Of a stretch of 64,000 nt of DNA, positions 37,430-49,896 are shown piece after piece. Where the stretch lies: positions 29,574,001-29,638,000 of the forward strand of contig OZ336875.1 of assembly GCA_965287045.1 (NCBI GenBank), given 5' to 3'. The number at the start of each line of letters is the position of its first letter. The stretch's first letter is position 1. A model generated the notes under the pieces. It was not told where the DNA came from, made no database searches, and worked only from the letters and a program-made list of their open reading frames with translations. Origin of the DNA: Carcharhinus amblyrhynchos (taxonomy: Eukaryota). Position numbers and translations under genes: made by a program.

Positions 37430-40400
37430 AGAATCATAAAATGGTTATAAAACAGAAGGAGGCTATTCAGTCCATTTGTCTGTGCTGGCCGTTTTGAAGG
37501 TGCAGTTCACAAAGTGACACAACCCTGCTTTTCCCCCAAATCTCTTTTCCAACAATGATTCAATTCTCCCTTGAAGGCTCAAGTGACCCTGCTTGCGTCA
37601 TACTCCATATTTAAAAACGTTTTTTAATTCTCCTCATGTCTCCATTGTTTCTTTTGCCAGTTACTTTAAATCTATGCCCTCCAGTTCTTGATCCTTGCAC
37701 CACAGGAACTTTTTCTCCCTGTCTACTTCATACGAAGCCTTTATAATTTTAAATACCTCTATCCCAGCTTCTGTGAACTTCCTGTCAAAAACAGCCCCGA
37801 CTTCTCTCCTCTTTCTACATAACTGAAGTTCCTGATGCTTGGAACTAGTCTTGTGAATTGTCTGCGCTTGTGCTAATGCCATCACGTCCTTTTAAAGCAT
37901 TGTCCAGAACTGGGTGTAATACTTCAGTAGTGGCCGAGCCAGTGACTTTTACAAGTTTAAATTAACTTCATTCCTTTTGTACTCTGTTCTGTTGATTTAA
38001 AAGCCGAGGATACTGAATGCATAATTAACTGTCACCTTCACTGACTTGTGCTAAGATATACCAAGGTCCCTCCGTTCCTACGTTTCCTTTGGAATTGCAC
38101 CCTTTGTCTCTCTGGATTCTTCCTGCTGATGTGAATTACTTCTCACTTCTCTGTATTAAATTTCATCTGAGACTGTGTTCTCATTCCACAAACCTGTCTA
38201 TCCTACTGCACTGTCCTCCTTTATGGTTTGCAATAAATCTGCAAATTTTGACATTGTGTCCAAGGTCTAGGTTATTAACATGAAGAGCAGGGGAGCTAAT
38301 ACCTACGCTAGGGACCTCCACTATAAACGTTCCATATGTCAAAAACAACCATTCACCTCTGTTTTCTGTTGTTCAGCCAATTTCATATCCAGGTTGCTAA
38401 TGTCCCTTTTGTTTCATGAGCTTTAATTTTGCTCATAGCTCTGTTGTGCAGCACTTTATCAAACACCTTTTTTGAAAGTTCATGTACGCTGCATCAAGAG
38501 TATTTCGCTCATCAACCTTTTCTGTTATGTCATCAAAAATGTAAGCATAATTTGCATGCAACAAATCCAAGCTGATTTTCCTTAACTAGCCTACATTTGC
38601 TCAAGTGACAATTTACTTTGACCTGGATTACTGTGTCTTTTTTCAGCACTAAGATTAAACTGACTTGGTGGTTGCTGGGCTTAGCTTGAAACCTTTTTAT
38701 TTGAACAAGGTGGACTATTTGCAATTTCTACCTGAATCTTAAGGAAAGTCAGTTCCTCCTGAAATTTCCATCCTTGTTTTCTTCAGCGTCCTCGGATGCA
38801 TTTCATCTGCTCTAAGTGCCCTGTCAACTTTAAGTACTGACAACCAATTCATTGCCTCCTTATCAGTATTAAACCCACTTATTGCCTGAACTACCTGCCC
38901 TTTCACCATGACATGGGCAGGTGCAAATTATTCACTTAATGCCTCAGCCATGACTCCTGTCCCCATGCATAAATGCCTTTTTATCCCTTCCCCTGGGTGG
39001 GCTTTGTTAGAGGGAGGTCTTGCCTTACGAATCTGGTGGAATTCTTTGAGGAGGTGACAAAAACGGTTGACGATGGGAGAGCCGTTGATGTCACCTATAT
39101 GGATTTCAGTAAGGCGTTTGACAAAGTCCCTCACGGTAGGCTGGTAGAAAAGGTTAAGGCGCATGGGATACGAGGCCAGGTAGCTAGGTGGATTGAGAAC
39201 TGGCTGGGAAATAGGAGACAGAGGGTAGTTGTGGAGGGTACCTTGTCGGGCTGGAGGCCAGTGACCAGTGGTGTGCCGCAGGGCTCGGTACTGGGACCTC
39301 TCCTCTTTGTAGTCTACATAAATGAGTTAGAAGAGGGCGTAGGTGGTGTGATCAGCAAGTTTGCTGATGACACCAAGATGGCAGGGTTGGCGGGTACTGA
39401 ACTGGATTGTCAGGTGATACAACAGGATATAGATAGGTTGGTGCAGTGGGCAGATGGCATTTAATCCTGACAAATGCGAGGTGATGCATTTTGGACAGAA
39501 TAATGCAGAGAGGAGCTATGTGATAAAAGGTAGGCCGATTTAGGAGTATAGACGTACAGAGGGACCTGGGAGTGCAGGTTCACAAATCCATGAAGGTTGC
39601 GTCACAAGTGGAGAACGTTGTTAGGAAGGCTTATGGGATGTTAGCCTTTATAGGAAGGGGCTTAGAGTATAAAAGCTGCCGTCTAATGCTTCAGTTATAC
39701 AGAACGTTGGTTAGACCGCATTTGGAGTACTGCGTCCAGTTCTGGTCACCTTACTACCGGAAGGACGTGGAGTCTCTGGAAAGGGTGCAGAGGAGGTTTA
39801 CCAGGATGTTGCCTGGCATGGGGGGACTGGGTTACGAGGAGAGGTTGAAGAGACTGGGGCTATTCTCCTTGGAAAGACGGAGATTGAGAGGGGACATGAT
39901 AGAGGTATATAAGATACTGAAGGGAATAGATAGAGTTAATAGTGAGAGACTGCTCCCTAGACTGGGTACGAACACGAGAGGTCATCACTTAAGGGTGAGG
40001 GGGGGGAGGTATAATTTGGAGGTAAGAAGAAGGTTCTTTACGCAGAGAGTTGTGGGGGTCTGGAATGCGCTACCGAGTAGGGTGGTGGAGGCAGGAACGT
40101 TGGACTCGTTTAAGATGCAGTTAGATAGGCACATGAGTGAAACGAGAATGGAGGGATATGGTAGGGGCTATTAAATTAGGGTTAAACCTCGGGAGACACC
40201 GGAAGGGCAGGCTGTATGATTAATATTTTTTGTCTTTATTCCACAGGTGGAGGTCCACCTCGTGTCAAGCGAGGGGCATGCACACGGCAGGCCGTGCGTG
40301 GGCTGCTCTTGGAAGTCCAGGAGTGGCCTAGTACTTCATGTCGGTGTGTGTGCTTGATCCTGGACCGATAGACGGGCGCCACAACAGCTCAGTGACTAGC

Positions 40401-41700
40401 ACTGCTAGCTGTGCAGATACATGGATTTGGGCCTGTGTCTGTGGGAGTTTGCGCATTCTCCCTGTGGTTGCGTGGGTTTCCTCCGGGCGCTCCGGTTTCC
40501 TCCCACACCCCAAAGATGTGCTCTTAGGCTAATCGGTTTCTACCAAATTGACACTATTTCTTCCCTGAATCTGACTGAGTAGGGTCCCATTCGTAGACAT
40601 GCAGGGTAGAATAGGTGTAGGATGATGCGGCGGCGCGGGCTCGTTGGGCCGAAGGGCCTGTTTCCCATGCTGGGTTGTTCTTTGTTCTGGGCATTTCATC
40701 TCTCCAGTATAGCAATGTGCTCTTTAATCAATATTGACACCCCTTCTTCCTTTTCTATCTTTCGTGAACAATTTGTATCCAGTATTATTTGATTTCCAGC
40801 CCTGTTGCCACAACTTAATATGTGCATATGGCTATTTGCATCTGGAACTCAGTAATCTTATTTACCACAATCCATGCATCCACATACATGCACTGTAATA
40901 ATTTAAACTTTATCTATTCCCTCTTATGTTGAATCCACTTTAATATTTCCTACTCTAGCGCTTTTTGTTTCGCCTTATGCTCTTTGCTCCTTGATGACCC
41001 TCTCTCTGGTATTCCCTCCTGGTTCTTTACCCATGTCAAGTTAGTTTAAACCTTCCCCAGTAGCACTAACAAATTGTCCCAGATAGGTTGCACTGATGGA
41101 GCCAAGAGCAATTTCTAACTGGCCCATACAAGCCCCATCTTTGCCCACAGCTAATCCCTGTGTCCCAAGAATCTGAAGCCCTCCCTCCTGCACCATCACA
41201 CAGCCACGCATTCATCTCCTCTGTCCTTCTATTTTGTACTTTGGCGTTGTAATGGGAGCAATCTGTAAATGACTACTTTTATAATCCTGCTTGTGAATTT
41301 CCTACGTTTGGACCACAACCACTGTTCACTCTCCCTCTGGTTGCTTTGTGACATACTTGACCCTGCTAACAGAGAGACAATATATTATCTTGGATTGATG
41401 TTTGTAGTTGCAGAAATGCTTGTCTGTTCCCTGAACTATTGAATTGTCTATTGGTATTTCTGTTCCAATCTTGGTACACTGTCCTGCCCACAACACCTTC
41501 CCCACCTCTTTTACACTGAGCCAGTAATGGTGCCATGGATTTGATTCTGGCTACACTTGTCAGATTTGTGTATCACTTCCACCAATATTCAGAATTCTAC
41601 ACTGGTTGGAGAGCGAGAAGCAACTGGGTTTCTACTGCTCTACCTGCATTTTATTTTTCTTGACTACCTGGCTGTCGGCCATTCCCTCTATGCCTGCATA
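37430..41700 (-). mobile_element. Old, decayed CR1 LINE interrupted by a younger CR1
   Basis: Reverse 3' tail gaatcata...cagaaggaggctattcagtcc at 37430; RT remnants to ~38990; 5'-part remnants resume after 40690. Confidence 0.7.
38998..40688 (+). mobile_element. Young 5'-truncated CR1 LINE with extended 3' UTR
   Basis: ORFs 38973..39464 and 39572..40174 carry DFSKAFD, GVPQGSVLGP, FADD and RPHLEYCVQFW; frameshifts near 39455-39545; 3' UTR is homologous to the 26212 element. Confidence 0.97.
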
Positions 41701-42000
41701 CTCTTTTAGAATCATAGAATCTCCACAATGCAGAAGGAGGCTATTTGGCCCATCGAGTCTGCATCAACTCTCTGGTACCTGGTCATCTTCCCTAATGCTT
41801 AAGTGACTTGGTGTCATTTTGTTATATAATGCCTCTGTAAAGCACTTCAGGATATTTTTATTACTTTTAAAGGTGCTATATAAATGCAAGTTCTTACTTT
41901 TCAGATTGCATGTTTACATCTTCAGAAATGTAGCTCTAGATATTTCATAAAACATGAAACTTAATTTTACATGTCTGATATTTCTTCATATATATTTCAG

Positions 42001-42112
42001 TAACCACTGCTTAGGAAGCCACGAGTACATTCAGAACTGTCGTAAATGTGACACTGAGATCAAGCTACAGTTATTAAACCACAGTACAATTTCTAGAGCC
42101 TTAGCCCGCACG
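42001..42112 (+). CDS. PIK3C2A: PIK3C2A coding exon 5
   Basis: [25 protein letters not shown]...LART; 112 bp, phase 2 to 0; cag/gtgag borders. Confidence 0.96.
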
Positions 42113-43237
42113 GTGAGCACAATTTATCAGTTCACTTATACAATTCTTTGGAACATGCATTTTGATTTTGGAGTAACAGACTTTGGAGTTGAACTAATTT
42201 CAGCATGTTGTAATATGAGCTGGAACAAAAATGCTCATTTATAATGAATTGAGAAGTTCCTAATGATCAGTGGATTTAAGCACTAAAGCGTCAATATATT
42301 TGGTTCATAAAATAGACTGCTTGGAAAATGCATATGTCACTATTATGGCAGAACCTGTTCTGAATTTGGAATTGAGAAATTTCCTTGGGGCAGAATAGTA
42401 GTAGTTATGCTATGTATACCAATGGATATTCTGGGTAATCTTATAGCTCTTGAAGTTGACCATGGACCTTTTCAGTGTTGAACAGTTTTATTGTCCTGCG
42501 TTTCACTTAAAATGTGTACTACTCAAAAAAAAAGTGACAGCAAATGTTTCAAAATCATAAGCCTTTCTTTAAGGATTTATCTTTTTGAAATTATGCAAAG
42601 ACCTTTTTCTTTTGAAGTATTTGAAATTAAGCCAATTCTACTTTCTACCACGTTTTTTGACAATGTCTTTAATTTGAGCAAAATATCCTTGATCTCCCTG
42701 TCTTTGTTAAACCTCTTGCTGTCAGAGCACCTATTAACTTCTGTGAATTCCTTTTAAGTCAGCTTGCACATGCCAATTTAGTGTAGTCGTTTTGAATGAA
42801 AGGTCTTGCAGTATATGGCACTATATTTTAACTTCATCGGTTTAATGAACGTTTGGCATTTGCAGTACTTGGTTCAGTCATGCTGCTGAATGTTTTTTCC
42901 GCTTTCCCACAATTTGCCACATTTTAATTTGGCAGGACTGGGTCATGTAAATTGTTCTCATTCATCCCAGTTTTTAACCTTTGTATCCTTATTTCATGCT
43001 CATTTTACCTCAAAAAAATTGGCAAGTGGATCCAAGTAAAAAGCACATCTTTTACTGCTTTGTTTATTGAAGCAGACAACAATAGTACTGGAATATGAGC
43101 ATAAAATGTGCAGTTGATGCCAGTTTTGTTCATGAAAACATTTGGTAAATGTTTCTTCCATCTTGAGGATGGAACCAATAATAAGTTGTCTTGACAAAAA
43201 TTAATAATGAACTCTCTCAAATCTGTACAATGAACAG

Positions 43238-43317
43238 GCAGAAGATGATGAGACACCTACTGATCTTGAGAAATACCTCTGCCAGGTGGAAAAACCCTTC
43301 AAAGAAGTTATTAAAAG
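43238..43317 (+). CDS. PIK3C2A: PIK3C2A coding exon 6
   Basis: AEDDETPTDLEKYLCQVEKPFKEVIK; 80 bp, phase 0 to 2; cag/gtaag borders. Confidence 0.95.
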
Positions 43318-43400
43318 GTAAGATTTTCATTCCATATTTAAATTAGTATCCACTATTTCCTTGATTTGGCCACTTATAAATATATGCCTTTTTTGTCTAG

Positions 43401-43464
43401 ACAATGTCTTGCTGAGCTTTTGGAAGTTTATCATAACCGTACAAAGGCATGCCTTCAAAGAGAA
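43401..43464 (+). CDS. PIK3C2A: PIK3C2A coding exon 7
   Basis: QCLAELLEVYHNRTKACLQRE, similar to human ELLDSYHNQVELALQIE; 64 bp, phase 2 to 0; tag/gtaagt borders. Confidence 0.92.
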
Positions 43465-43869
43465 GTAAGTATTATTTTGCAATGAAGTATGACTTTCTCT
43501 GGCATTTTAGAAAAATAAAACGAGAAATGGAGCATGTCCAAACCTCATTGAGAACGTTGCATGGTATGCATGTCAAAATAGAACTGTGGTTAAATACTTC
43601 GAACCATGGTTGTCTCATGCATTATCAATCTGAAGAGCACAATCATGTCTGAGGTGGTTTCAATCAATATTTATGGAAGAGAAGAATGGGGGAACCTAAG
43701 TTGGTTAATTGGAATGGAAGATAATGCATTTTCTACATTCCCCATGAAGCAATAATTGACAGCCATTCCAGAATAGAAAATGAGTTTCTTGCATCAAGGG
43801 TGCTCTGATCTTGATGATAAATTGACATTCTCCATTTGAAAATCATATCTGAAGCAATGTCCTCAAGTT

Positions 43870-44790
43870 AATTTGAGTTGGTAATTTCCTTCAAATGGGC
43901 TACTTTTCAAAGTATCTGTATCCAAGCAGTTGAAGACAATGATGTCCACCATAGTATTGCTACAGGAGTTCCTCTGAAATGTTCTAGACCCAAACATGTT
44001 CAGCTGCTTCATCCTCCAACATAAGATCTGATGTGGGAATGTTTGCTGTTTTGACAAGTCTATAGTTATTGAAATGATCAATGTCAGCAAGAGGCAATGT
44101 CTGGACAGTATTCGGGGTTGGATTGACCTGGTCAGTGGCAAGTCACATTCATGCCACACGCCTGCCAGGTAATGACCATTTCCAACTAGAGAGAAAAACT
44201 ATCCTTCTTTCCTTAACATTTAATAACTACCACAGCTTCATGTAATGAGAGTTACCATTGACCAGGTACTGAATTGGATCAGCCAGATAAATACTGTCAC
44301 TGCAAGAGCGGACCAGAGGCTGTTAATTCTGTAGTGAGCAATTTGCCACCTGATTCCTGGAAGTTCTTCCCCATCACCCTCTACAAGGCACAATCCAAGA
44401 ATGTATTGGATTACTCTCCGTTTGCCTGGATTAGTGCAGTTCTGACAACACCCAAGAATTATGGCACTATCCAGGACACAGCAGCATACTTTATTGGCAC
44501 ATGTACCACCTTTTAAACATTTACTTCCTTCCCAGTTGCATCTTCAAAACCCACAATCCCTAAAATGACCAGGGTAGTAGATGCCCAGGAATGCTATCAT
44601 GTGCAAATCCACTCCCAAGTCTCTCACCATCCTGATTTGAAACTAAAGCATTGCTCCTTCAAAATCCTTTAACTTCCTCCCTACCAAAGTGGGTTGGCAA
44701 TGTAGAGACTGTAGTAGTTCAAGATGATTGTTCAATACCACCTTTTACAAGACCAATTTGGAATAGGTAAACACTGGTCTAATTAGCTGG
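43870..44790 (+). mobile_element. Degenerate L2/CR1-group LINE 3' half
   Basis: ggagttcctc...cagctgcttcatc (GVP...SCFI); ctacaaggcacaa...gattactctcc (YKAQ...YSP); gttcaag...ccacctt tail. Confidence 0.65.
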
Positions 44791-45049
44791 CCTGCATATA
44801 ATGTGGAGGTTTTCCAGTATGAATCCGAACATGGGTGACCTCCCAGTAATGGAACCTCAAGCAAGGAATGTAGGATTTGTTATCATTGTACTTAGTGCCT
44901 ACCCAAATGATGAGAGACCATCAACTTTTTCTTCCAATGTTAAGTTGCTGGGGCTTCTGAGGTGAAGGAAAACTGGTTAGAGCTTATTTCCAGTCATTGC
45001 TGCTATAGTGATGCAAAAGTGAGAATACCCTTTGGAAGCAAACGTGTGT

Positions 45050-45765
45050 TGGCTGTGGCTCAGTTGGTAGCACACGCTCCTCTGATATAAAAGATTCTGA
45101 GTTCATGTCCTACTCAGGTTTGAACATGAATATTGAGGTTGATACTCCAGTGCAGTCCTGAGGAAGATTTGCACTGTCAGAAGTGCAGTCTTTTTAGATG
45201 AGATCTAAAACCATGGATGCTTCTGCCTACTAAAGTGATGTGAAAGATCCCTTGGCAGTATTTTGAAGAAGAGCAGCAGCCTTGGCTAATATTGTTCCTT
45301 TGCGCAACATCAGAAAAGGAAAATAGATTATCTGATCATTATCGTAGAATCTATACTGTGCCAAAGGAGGTCATTCAGCCCATCAAGCCTGCACTGATGA
45401 CAATCCCATCCAAGCTCTATCCCTGTAACCCCACATATTTATCCTGCTAATCTCCCTGACAGTAAGGGGCAATTTAGCATAGACAATCAACCTAACCCCC
45501 TCAGCTTTAGAGTGTGGTAGGAAACTGGAGCAGACACTGGGAGAATGTGCAAACTCCATGCGTACAATCACCTGAGGCTGGAATTGAACCAGGGTCAATG
45601 GTGCTGTGAGGCAGCAGTGCTAACCACTATGCCACCCAACTTTAGTGTTTACTGCACACAAATTAATTGCAGTGTTTCCAACATTATAAAAGTGACTATC
45701 TTTCAAAAAGTGCTTTGAGACATCCACTGGTCATGAAAGTGTTGATATAGATGCAAATATTCCTT
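45050..45765 (+). mobile_element. Deu-domain SINE (SacSINE1/AmnSINE1-like) interrupted by a V-SINE
   Basis: tRNA-like head gtggctcagttggtagcac; Deu-like gcactgtcagaagtgcagtcttttt...aaagatcccttggcagtattttgaagaagagcag; resumes after 45640 with tail tatagatgcaa. Confidence 0.75.
45345..45640 (-). mobile_element. V-SINE (HE1-like) nested in the Deu-SINE
   Basis: Reverse head tgctgtgaggcagcagtgctaaccact; V-domain gaatgtgcaaactcc; CR1-type tail. Confidence 0.85.
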
Positions 45766-46036
45766 TTTCCTGCATATTGGAATTTTTTTCAAATTTTTCT
45801 TTTTTCTTAAAAAAAAGCATCAGCCAAGTTCAGCAGCATGGCAAAACCCATATTAACACTCTTGCAGAAGGAATACTTCAGCATTTCAGTTACACCTTTT
45901 CTGTTGTGTTAGAATAAAAATGTGAACATGAAGCTCCTAACATTTTCTTCAATTAAGATTATTGCTTATATTTGTGGCATGTACTGTTTGCCTTAGCATG
46001 TATGTACAATTTCCTGTTCTGTTTACTTTTAACCAG

Positions 46037-46183
46037 GGGAAACAGTACAAAATGGTGGAGCAGATTATCCAGTCTGTAAAGGATATTTGCAGTGCACTGG
46101 ATGGTGCAGAGACTAAGGCTGTCACTGATGCTGTAAAAAAATTAAAACGTGCTGTTAACCTACCAAAAAGTAAAACTGTTGAG
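46037..46183 (+). CDS. PIK3C2A: PIK3C2A coding exon 8 (helical bundle region)
   Basis: [49 protein letters not shown]; 147 bp, phase 0 to 0; cag/gtaag borders. Confidence 0.97.
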
Positions 46184-47420
46184 GTAAGATCATTGATTTT
46201 TGCATTAATTTCTAATCCACTGAACAGCAAATGTTCCTTCTCCCACTATGTTTTGCAGTAGCAGGCAGGATATCTTTGTAATAGTTTAAATGTTTAAAGT
46301 GATGTTTTCTACTATTATTATTGATTGGCTAGATTTGTTTTCTATTTCTTGCCCAAGAACAAATTCTTCTACAGGGTGTAGAGCATTAAACTGAGTGCAT
46401 TGTTTGAACAGTATATTTTACACATGAAAGGGGGTGAGCAAGTAATGATCCAAAGGATAAAGCTTCTTGGGCAGTACTTGGCATAACTGTTTTTATTACG
46501 TTGGCATACTGATTCATCTAATCGGATATAATGGCAAATATTTCTCTATAATCAGGTGATCACATTGGTCTGCTTTTTTTCCAAAAGTCCCATCATTGAT
46601 TTTGGCCTGTAATCACAGTCCACACTGAAAATGGTCACCTTTATCACTTCTTTTATCATTGAGCTTAGACTGAATAGAACTTCATAGGTTCAGTTGAAGT
46701 GATTACTGTCACCCAATGTGGTGTATTATATTTTCAATCTTAACCTCTTTGCCCCTCACCAAAAAGAATTGTTGGCTTGTAATCGCTATTCTAATAGTCA
46801 CATGATACAGTGGCTCTTGACCATTGAAATCCATCCCCATCAATTCACGTGGAGCTTATCATCTGTAACAATCCGCAACTAAGACCTTAAAACTCAAGTT
46901 CAGTTGTACACAAAATATTGGTGAGAATTATATTGCTGGACTGGCATCATCTGACCAGTGAAATTTGTAGCATTTCTGAAGTGGATGAGATTGCCCTGCT
47001 GATTAGACTTGCAATTTGGCAACTTCATTGAAGATAAAATCCTATTGATATAATTAGTTCAAACATTTCACCATTACATGAAGTACATGTAAAATACAAA
47101 TGTGACAAAAAATCCAGAAAATGTTTGCGAACGTAATGGTTGATCTAATTTATTACTCATTGGACATTCCCTCAGGTGCAAATTTGAAAAGGGAAAGATT
47201 TATGTTAAAAGGAAGCCATTTATGTTTCACTTTATTAATCCTAGTCACCGTTCCAAAAAATGGATTTCTAATTAATAACAGGAAGTTATGAATCCTCTCT
47301 CTTACACTAAATGTAGTTAATCACTTTTATTCCCTGAAGCCGGTCACTGTTTTTAGTTTAAGGTCAGTAGTTTGAAGAATGTCCATGTTTTGCATACCAA
47401 CAAAATGTCCTCGGTAATAC

Positions 47421-47640
47421 AATAAAAGCAATATACTGGAATCTGAAGTAATAACAAAGTACTGGAAAAACCCAGCGGGTCTGGCACCATCTGTGGAGAG
47501 AGAAACAGAGTTAACAATTTGAGCTCAACATGACTCTTCTACCAAACTTCCGAAGAAGTCACATTGGACCCAAACTCTGTTTCTCTCTTCGCAGTTGCTG
47601 GCAAACCTTGAGTTTTTCCAGCACTTTGTTTTTATTTCAT
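47421..47640. mobile_element. Penelope-derived foldback repeat
   Basis: actggaaaaac...gagagaaacagagtt pairs with aactctgtttctctc...gtttttccagcactttg. Confidence 0.75.
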
Positions 47641-47694
47641 TGTTCTCTGTACTTATAGCTTCAAAAACAGAGTTTTTAAAATTATGAACAGGAT

Positions 47695-49350
47695 ATGAGC
47701 AGTTGATGTAGTCTATTTGAATTTCAGCAAAGCTTTTGACAAGGTCCCACGTGAGAGACTTATAAAGAAGGTAAATGCACATGGGATACAGGGTAATTTG
47801 ATAAAGTGGGTTCAAAATTGGCTCAATTGTAAGAGACAGAGGGTGATGACAGAAGGCAGCTTTAGTATTGGAAGCCAGTGATCTATCACAGGGATCTGCA
47901 CTGGCTCTCCTATTATTTGTCATTTATATAAATGACAGACGATTATGTGGATGGTATGATTAAGTTTGTGATTGACACAAGTTGGCCTGGTGAAATTGAG
48001 TTTCTTGGGCTAAAGGAAGATATAAATGGGATTGTCAAACAGGCACGTTAGTGACAGATGGAATTTAAACCTGAAAAGTGAGAAGTGATGCACTTTGGAA
48101 GGAGGGGCGTGACACTATGAAGTTCTGAGGAATCAAGGGACCTTGATGTGTTTGTCCATAGGCCTCTGAAGGCCATGACAGGGTGGTGAAAAGGGTACAT
48201 GGGATACTTGCCTTTATCATGATGCATAGATTACAAAATAAGAGCAATTATGTTGGAATTGTATGGAACTTTGAGGTCACAGCTGAAGTAGTGAGAGCAA
48301 TTCTTGTTGCCACTTAACAGGAAGGATGTCATAGAGGTTTACAGCATGGAAACAGGTCCTTTGGCCCAACTTGTCCATGCTGTCCCTTTAACCACTACAT
48401 CCCAAATACCCACATTTGGCTGATATCCTTTATACCCATCTTATCTATGTAACATATAAACACTTATACCTGCCTTTACTATTACTTTTGGCAGCTGGTT
48501 CCAGACACTCACCACCTTCTGTGTGAAAAAATTGCCTTTCTGGACACTTTTTTGTATTCCTCCTCTGTCTCACCTTAAATCTATGCCCCTGAGTTTTAGA
48601 CCCCCCTACCTTTGGGAAAGGATATTGACTATCAAGCTGATCTATGCCCCTCATTATTTTATAGACCTTTATAAGACCATCCCCAAGCCTCCTACGCTTA
48701 CGTGGAAAGAAAGCCCAGCTTCTCCTTTTTAATTCAAACTATCATATCCCAGTAGCATCCAAGTAAATCTTTTCTGCACTCTTTCTAGTTTAATAGTATC
48801 CTTTTTCTAATAGGGTGACCAGAACTGTACACAGTATTCCAAGTGTGGCCTTACCAATGTCTTGTACAACTTGTCCCAACTCCTGTATACATATGATTGC
48901 ATTAGAGAGAGAAATTCACCAGGATGCTGCCTTGGGTAAAACATTTATGAAGAGAGGTTGGATAGACTTGGGTTTTTTTTTGTTGGAGCAGAAAAGAATG
49001 AGGGGTAACCTGATTGAGGTGTACTAGATCATGAGGTGCATGGACCAAGTGGATAGGAAGCAGCAGTTTCTCCTTGGTTGAAAAGTCAGTGAAGAGAGGA
49101 TAGGTTCAAGGTGGGGGCAGGAGGTTTGGGGGGATACGAGGAAACTTTTTTTACCCAAAGGGTGGTGACAGTTCAGAATGTGCTGCCTGGAAGGGTGGTA
49201 CAGACAGACTGTCTCACCTCTTTAAAAAGTACCTGGATGAGCACTTTGAACATAGCATTCAAAACTATGTCATGTACTGGTAAATGGGATTAGTTGATTT
49301 AGGTGATTCTCGAGTGTCCACGTGGACTCTCTTGCACTTTGATTCTGTGA
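47695..49350 (+). mobile_element. Decayed CR1 LINE with a nested opposite-strand CR1
   Basis: atttcagcaaagcttttgacaaggtccc (FSKAFDKVP); host breaks at aggaaggatgt (~48330) and resumes at gattgcattagagag (~48895). Confidence 0.8.
48330..48890 (-). mobile_element. Nested CR1 3' fragment
   Basis: Reverse tail acagcatggaaacaggtcctttggcccaac; ccagaactgtacacagtattccaagtgtgg is the reverse of PHLEYCVQFW. Confidence 0.85.
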
Positions 49351-49896
49351 ACAGAACAACTAGCAAATGGTGAATAGTTGGAGTATAAATTGCCAGTGGT
49401 GACTATTGAAACAAAAATGATATAAGTGGGTCCAGAAACTATTGGGTACTTTTTTCTGTACCAAAGATTGCAATCTCTGCCTCCTATCTGATCTTAAGTT
49501 GCAATCCTCATCCAGTACACTAACCGAAAAAGAAACAGATTTCCACCCTATAACATCACTCATTGCACCCATTCCGTCATTTTTATTATAGTACTATCTC
49601 AGCTCATCCTACACAGTGCTACCCATACTATGCCACATACCAAACCCTGAAAAGCTCAACAATCTTGGTCCTTGTGAACATATTTTGGCTTCCAGCCCTC
49701 GATACCTCAGACTCATCCCAAGTCCTCGCTTTGAGCGCTCCTCCCTCTTTGCTTTTCTCTTCTGTCACGTCACGTTATGTTGCCTTCCTGCCAACTGATT
49801 GGATTCTCTGTACAAATGGATTGGCTATAGTAACAAGAGGCACAGTGAAGTTGTCCTTGATCTTACTAAAGACACTGTCAAAAGGTTTAAAGGTCA

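Noticed and set aside
40258-40278. H-type pseudoknot or HDV-like ribozyme (loop UGYC pairing with GGCA)
   Set aside because: It would need zero-length connecting loops, and no HDV nested double-pseudoknot topology or catalytic C strand is evident.
40247-40331. Possible small peptide after the conserved CR1 acceptor (STSC..RG.HT.GR...AL..., same TAG in both copies)
   Set aside because: The two copies have different phase relative to the AG (7 vs 12 nt) and most differences are non-synonymous; RNA structure explains the conservation better.
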